64,000 nucleotides of DNA from Patescibacteria group bacterium (GTDB lineage: Bacteria; Patescibacteriota; Microgenomatia; 2-02-FULL-39-11): the NCBI GenBank assembly GCA_023379265.1, contig JAMCUI010000013.1:11576-75575 (forward strand), in the 5' to 3' direction. Below the pieces are notes generated by a model. The model was given only the letters and a program-made list of their open reading frames with translations. It ran no database searches and was not told the DNA's origin. The translations under genes and the position numbers were made by a program. Shown here one piece after another: positions 28,341 to 38,898 of the stretch (positions are counted from its first letter, which is position 1; each line of letters starts with the position of its first letter).

Positions 28341-30704
28341 ATGGATTATACCGGCCTGTCCTCCAAAGAAGCTCTTGAAAAACTAAAAACTCTAGGACTA
28401 AACGAAATACCCGAAGTCAAAGAAAAATTCATCACAAAACTGGCAAAGAGGTTTGTCTCCCCCATCTCACTCATGCTGCTTGCAGCATCGATACTTTCTC
28501 TTGGTGGCCACAAGGTTTTTGATTTTTACTTTATTCTTTTTTTACTTCTTCTAAACGTTTTTATTGCTCTCTGGCAGGAAAGCAAAGCAGACAATGCCAT
28601 CGCCAAACTAAACCAGCATCTGGCTACAAAAGTAATGACTTTACGTGACGGCACCTGGCAAAAAATAGACTCAAGGGAGATAGTACCAGGGGATATCATA
28701 AAGCTTACTACAGGAAATATCATACCGGGCGACGGAAAAGTATTGGACGCCAGAAGCGTTACGGTAAATGAAGCTGCATTAACCGGAGAATCTTTACCCA
28801 AGGATAAAAATAAAAGGGATAAGATTTTCTCAGGAGCCTTCCTTATTACGGGACTTATGGTTTTTGAAGTGACGGCAACAGGAAGATCTACATATTTTGG
28901 CAAAACACTTATTTCTGTGGAAAGAGTAAGGAAACGTAGCCTCCTTGAGGAAGATATTATCAGTATATCCAAATTTTTATCAATACTCAGTCTTGCCGCT
29001 GTCGTCGTTCTCTCTGTCGTTTTCCTTTATGAGAAAGCTCCTATATTTGAACTGTTATCCCTTGATCTTTCCCTTGTCATCGCTGGTATACCTGTAAGCC
29101 TGCCTACCGTCATGACATTAATAATCGAATTTGGAGTACTTGCCCTTGCCGCCAAAAATGCAATCGTGCGCAGGCTTTCCGCACTTGAAGATCTGGCCAA
29201 TGTTGATCTTCTTTTGACTGATAAGACCGGCACTCTCACCCAGAACAGGATTACCGTCAATGAAATCATAAACTACAAAGGATACCAACCAAATGATGTG
29301 CTTTTTTATGCACTCCAAGTCTGCCTTCCAGACCAAAATAACTCAATAAACAAAGCTATTTTTGAAAAAGCTCAGGAAGCAAAAATCTCTGAAGCCGGTA
29401 TCAAAAACTCCGATTTTATTCCGGCTGATTCCGTCAGAAAAAGAGCCACCATAACCGTAGAAAAGGACGGTAAGAAAATTCTTTTATCTCTGGGAGCACC
29501 TCAGGTTGTCGCTTCACTTTGCAAGATTGATTCCGGGTTGAAATCCCGTTTCGAAAAGGAAGTAGAGAGTCTAGCCCAAAAGGGGTATAGGACGCTTGCC
29601 GTTTCGTATAAAGAAAATTCCAGTGAAGAGAAAGACATGTCTCTGGTGGGTGTTTTGGCCCTATCTGACATATTGAGGGATGATGCCAAGGATGTCGTCA
29701 GTTTTCTTGAAACAAACAATATCGGCGTAGCGTTGCTTACCGGCGACAACAGGGCTATCAGCCGGGAAATTGCCAGAAGACTGGATTTGAGTAATGGTAA
29801 AGTAGTCACCGGGGATGAGCTCCATAAAATCGGCTGGAAAAACATGACGCCAGAGATGTACCACCAGACCGGAGCCTTTTCCGAAATTCTTCCGGATGAC
29901 AAGTTTGAGCTTGTCAAGGCCGCCAAACGTTTTTTTGTCGTCGCTGCAAACGGGGACGGAGTAAATGACCTTCCGGCCATAAAGGAAGCTAATGTCGGCA
30001 TAGCGGTAAAAAATGCTGTTGACGCACTGAAATCCACTGCCGATATAGTTCTCCTGACAAGCGGCATATCAGTCATAAGGGACGCCCTTATAGAAAGCAG
30101 GAAAATCTTTGCACGTCTTTATACCTACTCCCTTTATAGAATCTCAGAAAGTCTCAGGCTTATTATCACTATAGCGATTCTGGGCCTTATATACCGCCAA
30201 TATCCTATGACGCCGTTACAGATTATACTGATTGCCCTCTTAAACGATATTCCTATCATCTCCCTTGCCTGGGATAGAGTAAGGATTGCCCAAAGGCCGG
30301 AAAAGATAAAAGTCAAGGAAAGATTTCTCCTGAGCTCCCTATACGGCCTGGCTGGGATCGGCAATAGCCTGATATTGTTTTTTATTCTTACCAAAATTCC
30401 CCAAGTCACTTGGAGTATGATACAGACAATTTATTTTCTAAAGCTAACCGTGTCCGGACACATGCTGATATTTGTTGCGCATACCAAAGCACGCTGGTTT
30501 AGGTTCCTCCCAAGCCGCCAGGTCATAATTGCTACTTTGACTACACAGGTTATCGCCTCAATCCTAGCTCTGACAGGATTTTTTATGCCCAGCCCGATAC
30601 CAATTATTTGGGTGGTAATTGTCTGGGTTTGGGCATTTTGTTGGATGCAAATTACTGAGCTGATGAAGGAAATCCAGCCAAGGATTTATAAGGAAACCGG
30701 CTAG
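28341..30704 (+). CDS. P-type ATPase, plasma-membrane H+ (IIIA)-like
   Basis: LTGES, DKTGTLTQN, TGDN, GDGVND, IALLNDIPI. Confidence 0.88.
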   Translation: MDYTGLSSKEALEKLKTLGLNEIPEVKEKFITKLAKRFVSPISLMLLAASILSLGGHKVFDFYFILFLLLLNVFIALWQESKADNAIAKLNQHLATKVMTLRDGTWQKIDSREIVPGDIIKLTTGNIIPGDGKVLDARSVTVNEAALTGESLPKDKNKRDKIFSGAFLITGLMVFEVTATGRSTYFGKTLISVERVRKRSLLEEDIISISKFLSILSLAAVVVLSVVFLYEKAPIFELLSLDLSLVIAGIPVSLPTVMTLIIEFGVLALAAKNAIVRRLSALEDLANVDLLLTDKTGTLTQNRITVNEIINYKGYQPNDVLFYALQVCLPDQNNSINKAIFEKAQEAKISEAGIKNSDFIPADSVRKRATITVEKDGKKILLSLGAPQVVASLCKIDSGLKSRFEKEVESLAQKGYRTLAVSYKENSSEEKDMSLVGVLALSDILRDDAKDVVSFLETNNIGVALLTGDNRAISREIARRLDLSNGKVVTGDELHKIGWKNMTPEMYHQTGAFSEILPDDKFELVKAAKRFFVVAANGDGVNDLPAIKEANVGIAVKNAVDALKSTADIVLLTSGISVIRDALIESRKIFARLYTYSLYRISESLRLIITIAILGLIYRQYPMTPLQIILIALLNDIPIISLAWDRVRIAQRPEKIKVKERFLLSSLYGLAGIGNSLILFFILTKIPQVTWSMIQTIYFLKLTVSGHMLIFVAHTKARWFRFLPSRQVIIATLTTQVIASILALTGFFMPSPIPIIWVVIVWVWAFCWMQITELMKEIQPRIYKETG

Positions 30705-31480
30705 AACAATGTTTTTTGCTGCACTCCCTTTGTTTTTATATGCAAAGCAGCTTCGCGATAGCGGCAGAAATCACAATCCGGGGAACTTTCTGGCAGGTCG
30801 TCTTTTATTAGAATACTTTTCACTTCAGAAAGGATAGGACCTATCCAATCTGTATTCCCCACGTAGGGTAATATTGAGATGTCAAACTCAAGTTTACAGT
30901 CAAAAGCCTCCTTGTCTGAATTTCCGTTGCAATAGACAAAATAGCCCGTATTTGAGACCTTAAAACCGTTTTTCTTAAAAAGCCATTGGTAAATTTCCAT
31001 CTGCCTCTTATATCCTCCCTGCCAATCAGCATCAATCCCAACCTGTCCGCTTTTGGCTGTTGCTTTGTAATCTACGATAATTAACTCATCTTCATGATTT
31101 ATCCAAACATCATCTATTCCCCCAAATATTTCAAAGCCTGTTTCCTCATGGAAATATGAGATCCCTCTCTTGGGATCACGCCATTTTGGTAAGTCAGGAT
31201 GCTGGTATGGCACAGCATCAATTCTGTAAGTCTTCATGAGAGGATGACTTGTTTTTGCTGACCTGTGTATATCAAATTCCTTCTTCAGGAGCCTATCGAC
31301 TGCTGAATTCAGACTGAAAGGATATCCGGGGGGCTGGGCGATACCCAATTTCACATCCATATAAAAGCACTGGTGACAGTTGACATATGATTCAATCTTG
31401 CTTCTACTCAGGCGGAAAGGTCTATCCGCTTTCGGATCATAAAGATTGTATTTACGCTGGGGGTTATAATAGGATGACAT
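30701..31480 (-). CDS. PD-(D/E)xK Cas4/AddB-like nuclease
   Basis: LSRSKI...CHQCF, GGIDD, IVDYKAT, QMEIY, CDFC. Confidence 0.8.
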   Translation of the reverse strand: MSSYYNPQRKYNLYDPKADRPFRLSRSKIESYVNCHQCFYMDVKLGIAQPPGYPFSLNSAVDRLLKKEFDIHRSAKTSHPLMKTYRIDAVPYQHPDLPKWRDPKRGISYFHEETGFEIFGGIDDVWINHEDELIIVDYKATAKSGQVGIDADWQGGYKRQMEIYQWLFKKNGFKVSNTGYFVYCNGNSDKEAFDCKLEFDISILPYVGNTDWIGPILSEVKSILIKDDLPESSPDCDFCRYREAALHIKTKGVQQKTLF

Positions 31481-31483
31481 ATC

Positions 31484-32932
31484 TTATGTAAGCTCCTTCA
31501 CATTATGCGATTTACTTTCCCTGAAACCGGCCTCAGTTATACGGATGAAACGTGAATTCCTGTGGAGTTCTTTTATGCTCATTGCATTGCAATAACTCAT
31601 ACCAGACCTTAACGCTCCCAGAAGCTGGTCTACCACGTCCATAACTTTTCCCTTATAGGGAATAAGCGCCTCTACCCCCTCCGGGACTATTGTGTTTAAC
31701 TTGTCAACCGTCATTTCTTCTCCTGCCATTTTCCGGTCTGCTACAGCCAAAAAGGATGCGGCACCCCTGTGGGCTTTATATTTCATGCCATTTCTGAAAA
31801 TTATCCCTCCTGGGGCCTCATCGGTACCGGCAAACCAGCCGGCCAGCATACACGCTGATGCTCCAGCTGCAAGGGCTTTGACCAAATCTCCTGGATAATT
31901 TGTCCCGCCGTCGGCGATAATCGGAACACCGTACTTTCTGGCAGCCCGGCTGCACTCAGAAACAGCAGTAAATTGCGGTACACCCACTCCCGCTACAATC
32001 CTTGTGGTACAAAGGCCCCCTGGACCGATCCCCACTTTTATTGCATCAACACCCAATTTGATGAGGTCTTTCACCCCACCTTCTGTTGCTACATTACCTC
32101 CTATTATGTCAATATCTTTGAATAATTTCCTTATTTTTTCCACTGCTTCCAAGGCCACTTCATTGTGTCCATGCGCTACATCTATAACTAGTACATCTAC
32201 CCCGGCGTCAACCAGCGCTGAGGCCCTTTGGACAAAGTCTCCCACCGCACCTATTGCTGCCCCGACACGCAACCTTCCATATCTGTCTTTGGTGGAGCCG
32301 GGATATCGTGTATAGTGTTCCAGGCTTCTTGATGTGATTAGTCCTCTCAACTGCCTCTTTCCGTCGATAAGGGGTAGTTTTTCTATCTTATATTTCCTTA
32401 TGAGAATTCTGGCTTTTTCCAATGTAATATTGGGGGAAGCATAAATCATTTTTTCAAAAGGAGTCATAAGCTTGGCAATTTTTGTGTCTTTTTCATCGAT
32501 AAAAAGCATATCGCGTCTAGTCAGTATACCCACTACATTTTCCTTATCATCAACAACTATAAAACTTTCAACCTTATTTGCTTCAGTCGTTTTTTTGGCA
32601 TCTGAAAGCGAAGCGTTTGCTGAAATTGTAAATGGCCGGTAAAGTATAAACCCTTCGTGCCGTTTTACCCTCTTTACCTCATCCACTTGCCTTTGGACAG
32701 TCATGAACCTATGGATTATGCCAATACCTCCCGCGTGAGCCATAGCAATTGCCATGGAGCTTTCCGTAACCGTATCCATATTGGCGGAAATGAAGGGAAC
32801 GTTCAGAGTAATATTTTTGGTCAGGTTTGCCATTGTGGAAACCATAGCCCTGTGGGCTACTCTACCTTTTTGGGGAATAAGAAGCACATCATCATAAGTA
32901 AGACCGAGTGAATAATCTTTAATTTGCGGCAT
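31484..32932 (-). CDS. guaB: IMP dehydrogenase
   Basis: LTYDDVLL, SANMDTVTE, CBS pair, GIGPGGLCTTR, IIADGG. Confidence 0.95.
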   Translation of the reverse strand: MPQIKDYSLGLTYDDVLLIPQKGRVAHRAMVSTMANLTKNITLNVPFISANMDTVTESSMAIAMAHAGGIGIIHRFMTVQRQVDEVKRVKRHEGFILYRPFTISANASLSDAKKTTEANKVESFIVVDDKENVVGILTRRDMLFIDEKDTKIAKLMTPFEKMIYASPNITLEKARILIRKYKIEKLPLIDGKRQLRGLITSRSLEHYTRYPGSTKDRYGRLRVGAAIGAVGDFVQRASALVDAGVDVLVIDVAHGHNEVALEAVEKIRKLFKDIDIIGGNVATEGGVKDLIKLGVDAIKVGIGPGGLCTTRIVAGVGVPQFTAVSECSRAARKYGVPIIADGGTNYPGDLVKALAAGASACMLAGWFAGTDEAPGGIIFRNGMKYKAHRGAASFLAVADRKMAGEEMTVDKLNTIVPEGVEALIPYKGKVMDVVDQLLGALRSGMSYCNAMSIKELHRNSRFIRITEAGFRESKSHNVKELT

Positions 32933-32936
32933 AATT

Positions 32937-34199
32937 TTAATGAATTTTTATAACAGAATTTCTGTCCGCACCCACGGAAACAATACTTATAGGTACACCC
33001 AACATTTTTTCAATTGATTCTATATATACACGGCATGTTTTTGGGAGATCGGAATATTTTTTGGCTTTTGATATATCTTCCTTCCAGCCCGGAAACTCTT
33101 TATATACAGGTTTGCACATGCCCAACTGGGAAAGTGAAGTTGGGAAATCTTCTGTCTCTTTATTGCCAATTTTATATTTTACCGCGATTTTAAGCTTTTT
33201 TAGTCCCGTCAAGACATCAAGCTTTGTGACAGCAATATCAGTAAAGCCGTTCAATCTCCTGGCATAAAGTAGCATCACCATATCCAGCCAGCCGCAGCGT
33301 CTCCTCCTTTTTGATACCGTACCGAATTCCCCACCCTTTTCCTGCATATATTCGCCAGTACTGTCAAAAAGCTCTGCCGGAAACGGCCCGCCGCCAACGC
33401 GTGTAGTGTATGCCTTGACTACTCCGGTTACTTTCAGTTTTTGTGGAGGTATACCGCAATAAGGAAAAACAGCGCCGGATATGGTATTTACGGCAGTGGT
33501 AAAAGGATATGTTCCGAAGTTGCCGTCCAGAAATGTACCATGCGCTCCTTCAAATAAGACATTTTTATCTTTCATCTCTTTTGCCAAAATCAGGCTTACG
33601 TCTCCTGCATATTTCTTCAATTTTAAGCCGTACATATTATACTCCGTAAAAATTTCATTTGCGGTCAAACTCACTTTGTATCCGAAGACTTTCTCAATTC
33701 TTTTTTTGACGCTGGGGAAATATGAAGAAATTTTCTCTTTTAGTATTTTTTTGTTTATGAGATCCTCCAATCTTATGCCGTGCCTGTTGTTTCTGTCTTC
33801 ATAACAATACCCTATCCCAAGCTTCAGGCTTCCGACTTTCTTATCTCCTTTTGCTTCTTCAGTAGCCGCATCAAGGAGTTTATGGTAAGGCATGACTATG
33901 TTCGTCCGAAAATCAATTGTCAAACCTACCTTTAACCCTCTCCCTATAAAAAAATCTATTTCCCTCAAAAGGACATCGGGGGCAACAACAGCTCCCTGTG
34001 CTATAAGTAGCTTTTTCTGCCACAAAACACCAGAAGGCAAAAGTGATAAAGGAAACTTTTCGTTTGCGACAACGACTGTATGTCCGGCATTATTTCCGCC
34101 GTTAAACCTGACGACAATATCGTTTTTTGCCGCAAGAAGATCGACAATCTTGCCTTTTCCCTCATCCCCCCATTGTGAACCGACTATTACAGTATGCAT
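32937..34199 (-). CDS. purA: Adenylosuccinate synthetase
   Basis: QWGDEGKGK, GGNNAGHT, KAYTTRVGGGPF, RRCGWLD, TKLDVL. Confidence 0.98.
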   Translation of the reverse strand: MHTVIVGSQWGDEGKGKIVDLLAAKNDIVVRFNGGNNAGHTVVVANEKFPLSLLPSGVLWQKKLLIAQGAVVAPDVLLREIDFFIGRGLKVGLTIDFRTNIVMPYHKLLDAATEEAKGDKKVGSLKLGIGYCYEDRNNRHGIRLEDLINKKILKEKISSYFPSVKKRIEKVFGYKVSLTANEIFTEYNMYGLKLKKYAGDVSLILAKEMKDKNVLFEGAHGTFLDGNFGTYPFTTAVNTISGAVFPYCGIPPQKLKVTGVVKAYTTRVGGGPFPAELFDSTGEYMQEKGGEFGTVSKRRRRCGWLDMVMLLYARRLNGFTDIAVTKLDVLTGLKKLKIAVKYKIGNKETEDFPTSLSQLGMCKPVYKEFPGWKEDISKAKKYSDLPKTCRVYIESIEKMLGVPISIVSVGADRNSVIKIH

Positions 34200-35584
34200 T
34201 ATTCTTCCTTTGTACTTAAGGCAACGTCTATAATTTGCTTTGTCAAACCCTGATATTTCTTTAAGCTGTCTATCTTTAAGAATTCTTTTTCCTTTTTTTT
34301 GATTGGCAGTCCGTCAATAAGATCATAAACATCCTTTCTAGTCAGTACATTGCCGCGGGTCTTGTCTTTCAAGAGCTCAAAAGCTTTTGTCCCACCGCAG
34401 GATCGCAAATAAGTCTGCAGGCCTTCTGAAAATATTTCCCAGTGACTGTCTAGGTCTTCTTCCATTTTTTCTTTGTTGGGACTCACGCGGGAAAATCCGG
34501 ACAGAAGGCTATCCCAAGCCAAAAGTGTAAACCCGAATGCCAGACCAAAATCCCTTTTTATTGTACTGTCTGACAGATCCCTCTGTAGCCTGGATGATGA
34601 AAGTTTTCTTCCGAAAAACTCAAACATTGTGTTTGCAAGCTGCAGGTTTCCTTCCGCATTTTCAAAAGTAATCGGGTTAACCTTATGTGACATTGTCGAG
34701 GAGCCCACTTCTTCTTCCTTTTTCTTCTGATGGAAATAGTCAAGACTGATATACCACCACATATCCTGAGCCAAATTATTCAGTATATAATTTGTACGCT
34801 TGACGCTGTCAAAAAAGGCCAACCAATTGTCGTAGGGGATAATCTGTGTCGTCACGACATTTGGGGAAAGGCTTAGAGACCTGATAAATTTTCTACTTTG
34901 CTCCAACCAGTCATATTGCGGGTATACAAAACTTAAAGCGTTATAGTTGCCTACCGCGCCTGTAAGTTTTGCCTCAAAATTCCATTTATAAAGATTTTTG
35001 AATTCCTTCTTTAGCCTCTGGTAAAATACCGCCAGCTCTTTTCCCATGGTGGTGGGTAAAGCGGGTTGACCATGTGTCCTTCCCAACATGCTCATTTCTG
35101 ATGTTAATCTGACAAGCCCGCTCAGTTTTTCCATCAGGATTCCCAATCTGGCCAGAAGGACTTCTTTTCTGAAGCCGTCCAGCATCTGAGCGTATGCGGG
35201 GATATTTACGTCATATGAGGTAAGCCCTATATGAATAAAAGGCTCTAATTTTGACAATTTCAGCAAAGAGAACTTATCCCGCAAAAAATACTCCACAGCT
35301 TTTACATCATGGTTTATTTTTGCTTCATGCTGCTTTATGATGTGGGCATCCTTCTTACTGAAATCCTGCCAAATTTCATTCATTTGCCTTTTCATTTCTT
35401 TCCCCAATCCGGGAATTATTTTTGTATTTTCCGAGAGGAAAATTATATAAAGAATTTCTGTTTTGACGCGGTATTTCATCAGGGCAAATTCGGAGAAATA
35501 ATCCCGCACATCCTCCATCTTGTCCCAATTTCTTCCGTCTAGTATAGAAATTGCTTTTAGCTGATGAAAATTGTCATTATCCAT
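34199..35584 (-). CDS. purB: Adenylosuccinate lyase
   Basis: NHDVKAVEY, GRTHGQPA, GSSTMSHKVNP, SRLQRDLSDST. Confidence 0.97.
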   Translation of the reverse strand: MDNDNFHQLKAISILDGRNWDKMEDVRDYFSEFALMKYRVKTEILYIIFLSENTKIIPGLGKEMKRQMNEIWQDFSKKDAHIIKQHEAKINHDVKAVEYFLRDKFSLLKLSKLEPFIHIGLTSYDVNIPAYAQMLDGFRKEVLLARLGILMEKLSGLVRLTSEMSMLGRTHGQPALPTTMGKELAVFYQRLKKEFKNLYKWNFEAKLTGAVGNYNALSFVYPQYDWLEQSRKFIRSLSLSPNVVTTQIIPYDNWLAFFDSVKRTNYILNNLAQDMWWYISLDYFHQKKKEEEVGSSTMSHKVNPITFENAEGNLQLANTMFEFFGRKLSSSRLQRDLSDSTIKRDFGLAFGFTLLAWDSLLSGFSRVSPNKEKMEEDLDSHWEIFSEGLQTYLRSCGGTKAFELLKDKTRGNVLTRKDVYDLIDGLPIKKKEKEFLKIDSLKKYQGLTKQIIDVALSTKEE

Positions 35585-35585
35585 A

Positions 35586-36656
35586 TTAGGTTGTTATTTT
35601 ACCGATACTTCCTGTTTCTATTGCCTTTTTTATCTCCCGGGCAATGCGCAGTCCGAAACTGACCGGTTCACCAAAATGGTACTGGCTGTATGGGGTAAAA
35701 CTGGTCCCCGGGGATCCGGGCATCCTTAAAGAGAGGTCATAGACGACAATCCTCTCTTTTGGCGGACCGGCAAGAACAGCTGATTGCAGGGCAAATGGAC
35801 CTATTATTCCCGGAGGAACATAAGTTTTGGCGGCGTCAACCAGTCTTTCGGCTATATGGAAAGCTTGTTCCAATAGTGACTCTTTCACAGTGACAGCTAT
35901 ATGTCCTGTTTCTATATACGAAGGCTTCACATACTCGCTAATCTCTTTTTGCTCTTCAAACGGCACTCTAAGTAAACCGTCTATATTGGTTTGGCGCCTT
36001 ATGTCTGTGCCTAAAAGTTCCAAACTGTCAGTCAGGGGAGAGTAGAAAAAATTGAAATTAACCTGTGCACCTACAAGGTATTCTTCGATAACAGCCTCAT
36101 TAAGGTCTTTTTGCGTAATTATCCCGGATTCCAATAATTTTTCTGAGCTTTCTTCGTATTCTTTGAAGTTTCTGGCAAAAAAGAAAGCCCTTTCGTAATT
36201 TCTTTGAGCTTCCTTTACTTTGACAATCACCAGCCGGTCGATGTCTTTTGCGTTTTTGAAGCGCTGAGGATAATCTACTTGGGCATTGTAAAAAAGCTGG
36301 TACTGGTTAAAGGCACCTGTTCTTTCCTCATACTTTAGAAGATATTTATTGCCGAAAATCGGGACGGGAAATTTGTTTTCCAATGCCGCAATGTCACAAT
36401 ATACCTGGCAATAGCGGTGTGGGATAAAAATAGAATTTTCAAGCTGCAGTTTTATTATTGTTTCCTTTTCAGTTAGCTTTGCGAAAGATTCTACCAAAAC
36501 ACATTTATCAACGATGTTCTTAAAATATTGGGTATATGTCTTATCCCGGCCCTGCATTGCGACAACCAACGTCTTAAATCCTTCTTTCTTTGCTCCCAGA
36601 CATATCTCAAGGGCGCTATGGCCGCCAAGTGTCGCTATGGTATTTATCTTATCCAT
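35586..36656 (-). CDS. purP: Archaeal-type FAICAR synthetase PurP-like ATP-grasp protein (paralog B)
   Basis: GGHSALEICLGAKKEGF, ERAFF, RRQTNIDG, ETGH, GIIGPFALQ, RMPGSPG. Confidence 0.85.
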   Translation of the reverse strand: MDKINTIATLGGHSALEICLGAKKEGFKTLVVAMQGRDKTYTQYFKNIVDKCVLVESFAKLTEKETIIKLQLENSIFIPHRYCQVYCDIAALENKFPVPIFGNKYLLKYEERTGAFNQYQLFYNAQVDYPQRFKNAKDIDRLVIVKVKEAQRNYERAFFFARNFKEYEESSEKLLESGIITQKDLNEAVIEEYLVGAQVNFNFFYSPLTDSLELLGTDIRRQTNIDGLLRVPFEEQKEISEYVKPSYIETGHIAVTVKESLLEQAFHIAERLVDAAKTYVPPGIIGPFALQSAVLAGPPKERIVVYDLSLRMPGSPGTSFTPYSQYHFGEPVSFGLRIAREIKKAIETGSIGKITT

Positions 36657-36669
36657 CAGTTTTATAGTT

Positions 36670-37695
36670 TTAATCCAATATTTTAGAAAGGCGTCCTTCC
36701 TTAGAAGCTTCTTTTATTTCCCTGGCAATCCTTCTTCCCGTACTCATAGGTATCCCGTAAGTCAGATCAGAATAAGGGGAGCCGTTTATAAAAAGATTAG
36801 TCCCGGCAACTATTCTACATGATATTTCTATTGTATAAAATAGCTGATCTGGGGTCACAATTGTTTCTATACAAAAGGGACCATATAGACCTTTTGGGGG
36901 CATAAGTTTTTGGGAAGCTGAAACCAACCTTTCTCCCATAGCATAGATTTCAGGCAGAAGTGATTCCCTTACAACTATGGGAAAGTTGCCTATGACAGTA
37001 TATGAGGGTTCTACGCTAAATTCATCATCCATATTGTGAGGAATGCGCGCTAAACCGTCAACGTTTGATTCGTACCTTCTGTCAATTCCCATAAGTTCCA
37101 CCGATTTTTTTATGGTGGAGTAAAAATACTGGAGATAAACTGGGGTTCCCACAATGTATTCCTGAATAATAAATTTCTGATCGGCAAATTTAGAAATCTT
37201 TTTATCAAATTGCTTTTTATCACCAGCTATAAAATAACCGCTTCCGCCTTTGGCTCCAAACATTTTTACTATCACCGGTTTGTCGATGCCTGAGGAATTT
37301 TTATATACCTTTGGAACTCTCAATCCGGCTTTTTTTAGCCATTCCATCTGTTTTTCTCTATCAATCTCCCACGACAATACCTCCTTATTGCCAAAATGCG
37401 CTATACTGATCCTATTCCCGTAGTCAGGACCAAGATAGGCAGTAATTGAACCGTGAGGAATAAGAATAAAATCCTTTGTTTTTAGCTCCTTTTCCCTATC
37501 ATAAAACTCAGTATAATTTTCTATCGAAATAATGCTGTCTATAAATGGAAACCTTTTATAGAAAGATGCCCTGCCGGACAAGGATATGGCACAAGTTGCA
37601 AAACCTTCGTCTTTGGCACCTTTGAGGATTTGGAGAGCCGAATGTGAGGCAAGAGTCGCAATTGTATATTTTTTCTTTTCCATATCAGAACTCAT
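36670..37695 (-). CDS. purP: Archaeal-type FAICAR synthetase PurP (paralog A)
   Basis: ASHSALQILKGAKDEGF, PHGS, GAKGGSGYF, DRRYESNVDG, GPFCIE, RIVAGTN. Confidence 0.88.
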   Translation of the reverse strand: MSSDMEKKKYTIATLASHSALQILKGAKDEGFATCAISLSGRASFYKRFPFIDSIISIENYTEFYDREKELKTKDFILIPHGSITAYLGPDYGNRISIAHFGNKEVLSWEIDREKQMEWLKKAGLRVPKVYKNSSGIDKPVIVKMFGAKGGSGYFIAGDKKQFDKKISKFADQKFIIQEYIVGTPVYLQYFYSTIKKSVELMGIDRRYESNVDGLARIPHNMDDEFSVEPSYTVIGNFPIVVRESLLPEIYAMGERLVSASQKLMPPKGLYGPFCIETIVTPDQLFYTIEISCRIVAGTNLFINGSPYSDLTYGIPMSTGRRIAREIKEASKEGRLSKILD

Positions 37696-37761
37696 ATCTA
37701 TATTTTTTATATTCGATTATGTTATTCCCTCAGGCTTGAAAAAGAGATTCTGAGATAGCTT

Positions 37762-38898
37762 CTAGTTTTTTATGGAATAACTCTCGGATTTGTAAATAAT
37801 ATTTTTGGGTTTGATTACCACTTCGCGCGTACCCTTTTTTATATAACCAGCCACTATGCTTTCAAATTTGTTACTTTTTATAATATTTTGGGCTTTTTCC
37901 GTATCGCCTGCCGGCATAAAGAGAGCATAGTCCATACCCATATTAAAAGTCTGGTACATCTCATGATCCGACAAATGCAGATTATTCTTTATGAAAGAAA
38001 ATACACCTGTCGGTTTGAATATTTTCTCTACTATATAAGTAAATTTTTGTCTGGCCCGCATCAATTTTCTTAGGCCGTGGCCCGTGATGTTTACGATATA
38101 ATGTATATCGATATTGTGATTAAGCAAATCCTGTACCAGGTTCGCATAAATATTGGTAGGGGACAAAAGAGCTTCGCCAAAAGATAAACCATTATCCAAC
38201 CTGCTTTTGTATCCGCCGGTAAGTTTTCCTGCCAGTGACCTGGCCAAGGAAACTCCGTTGGCATTTATGCCGTTGCTTTTCAAAAAAAGTATCCTATCCC
38301 CTCCCTTTAATTTTCTTTCTGAAATTAGCCTTTCTTTAGGACTGATGATCCCTACGGCTGAACCGGCCAAATCGGCGGTATCAGGGAATATAATCCCTTT
38401 TAGAGTCGAAGTCTCTCCGCCGCCCCAGACGGCCCCTGCCAAATTACATGCATTTGTCCAACCGTTTATAAAATCAGTCATTTTTCTTTTATCGCAAATA
38501 AATTTGTTGTCACCAATAGCCCAATAGGCGTTTACCACAAGCGGTTTTGCCCCTACAGTAACGAGATCATTAATAAATGTAGCCACCGTATCTTGCGCAA
38601 TTACGTCATAGTATGTCTTTCCTGTATGCTTTCTCATTTCATCGGCTATTAGATTTTTGGTACCCAAGCACTCGGTCACCGAAGCCATAAAATACTTTCC
38701 CTGGTCCCAGACAAAGGCGGATTCTCCTCTAAATCCCTCCAACTCTTCAAAACCACACGATTTAAGGTTGTTGCCTGTCTTTTTAGCCTGGCTGAGTGCA
38801 TACCTTAAAACCGGGTCTTTAGTTGCGTAATTATCCCCTACTTGAGAATACGTTATTGTTTTATCTTTTACATGTGTTTTTTTCATTCTCTTAGCCAC
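37762..38898 (-). CDS. purM: AIR synthase
   Basis: GTK, NDL...GAKP, GGETSTL, SNGINANG, NITGHG, EMYQTFNMG. Confidence 0.9.
   Translation of the reverse strand: MAKRMKKTHVKDKTITYSQVGDNYATKDPVLRYALSQAKKTGNNLKSCGFEELEGFRGESAFVWDQGKYFMASVTECLGTKNLIADEMRKHTGKTYYDVIAQDTVATFINDLVTVGAKPLVVNAYWAIGDNKFICDKRKMTDFINGWTNACNLAGAVWGGGETSTLKGIIFPDTADLAGSAVGIISPKERLISERKLKGGDRILFLKSNGINANGVSLARSLAGKLTGGYKSRLDNGLSFGEALLSPTNIYANLVQDLLNHNIDIHYIVNITGHGLRKLMRARQKFTYIVEKIFKPTGVFSFIKNNLHLSDHEMYQTFNMGMDYALFMPAGDTEKAQNIIKSNKFESIVAGYIKKGTREVVIKPKNIIYKSESYSIKN

Noticed and set aside
30701-31480. Cas4-like gene as evidence of a CRISPR-Cas system
   Set aside because: No cas1/cas2 or array in the window; stand-alone PD-(D/E)xK nucleases are common
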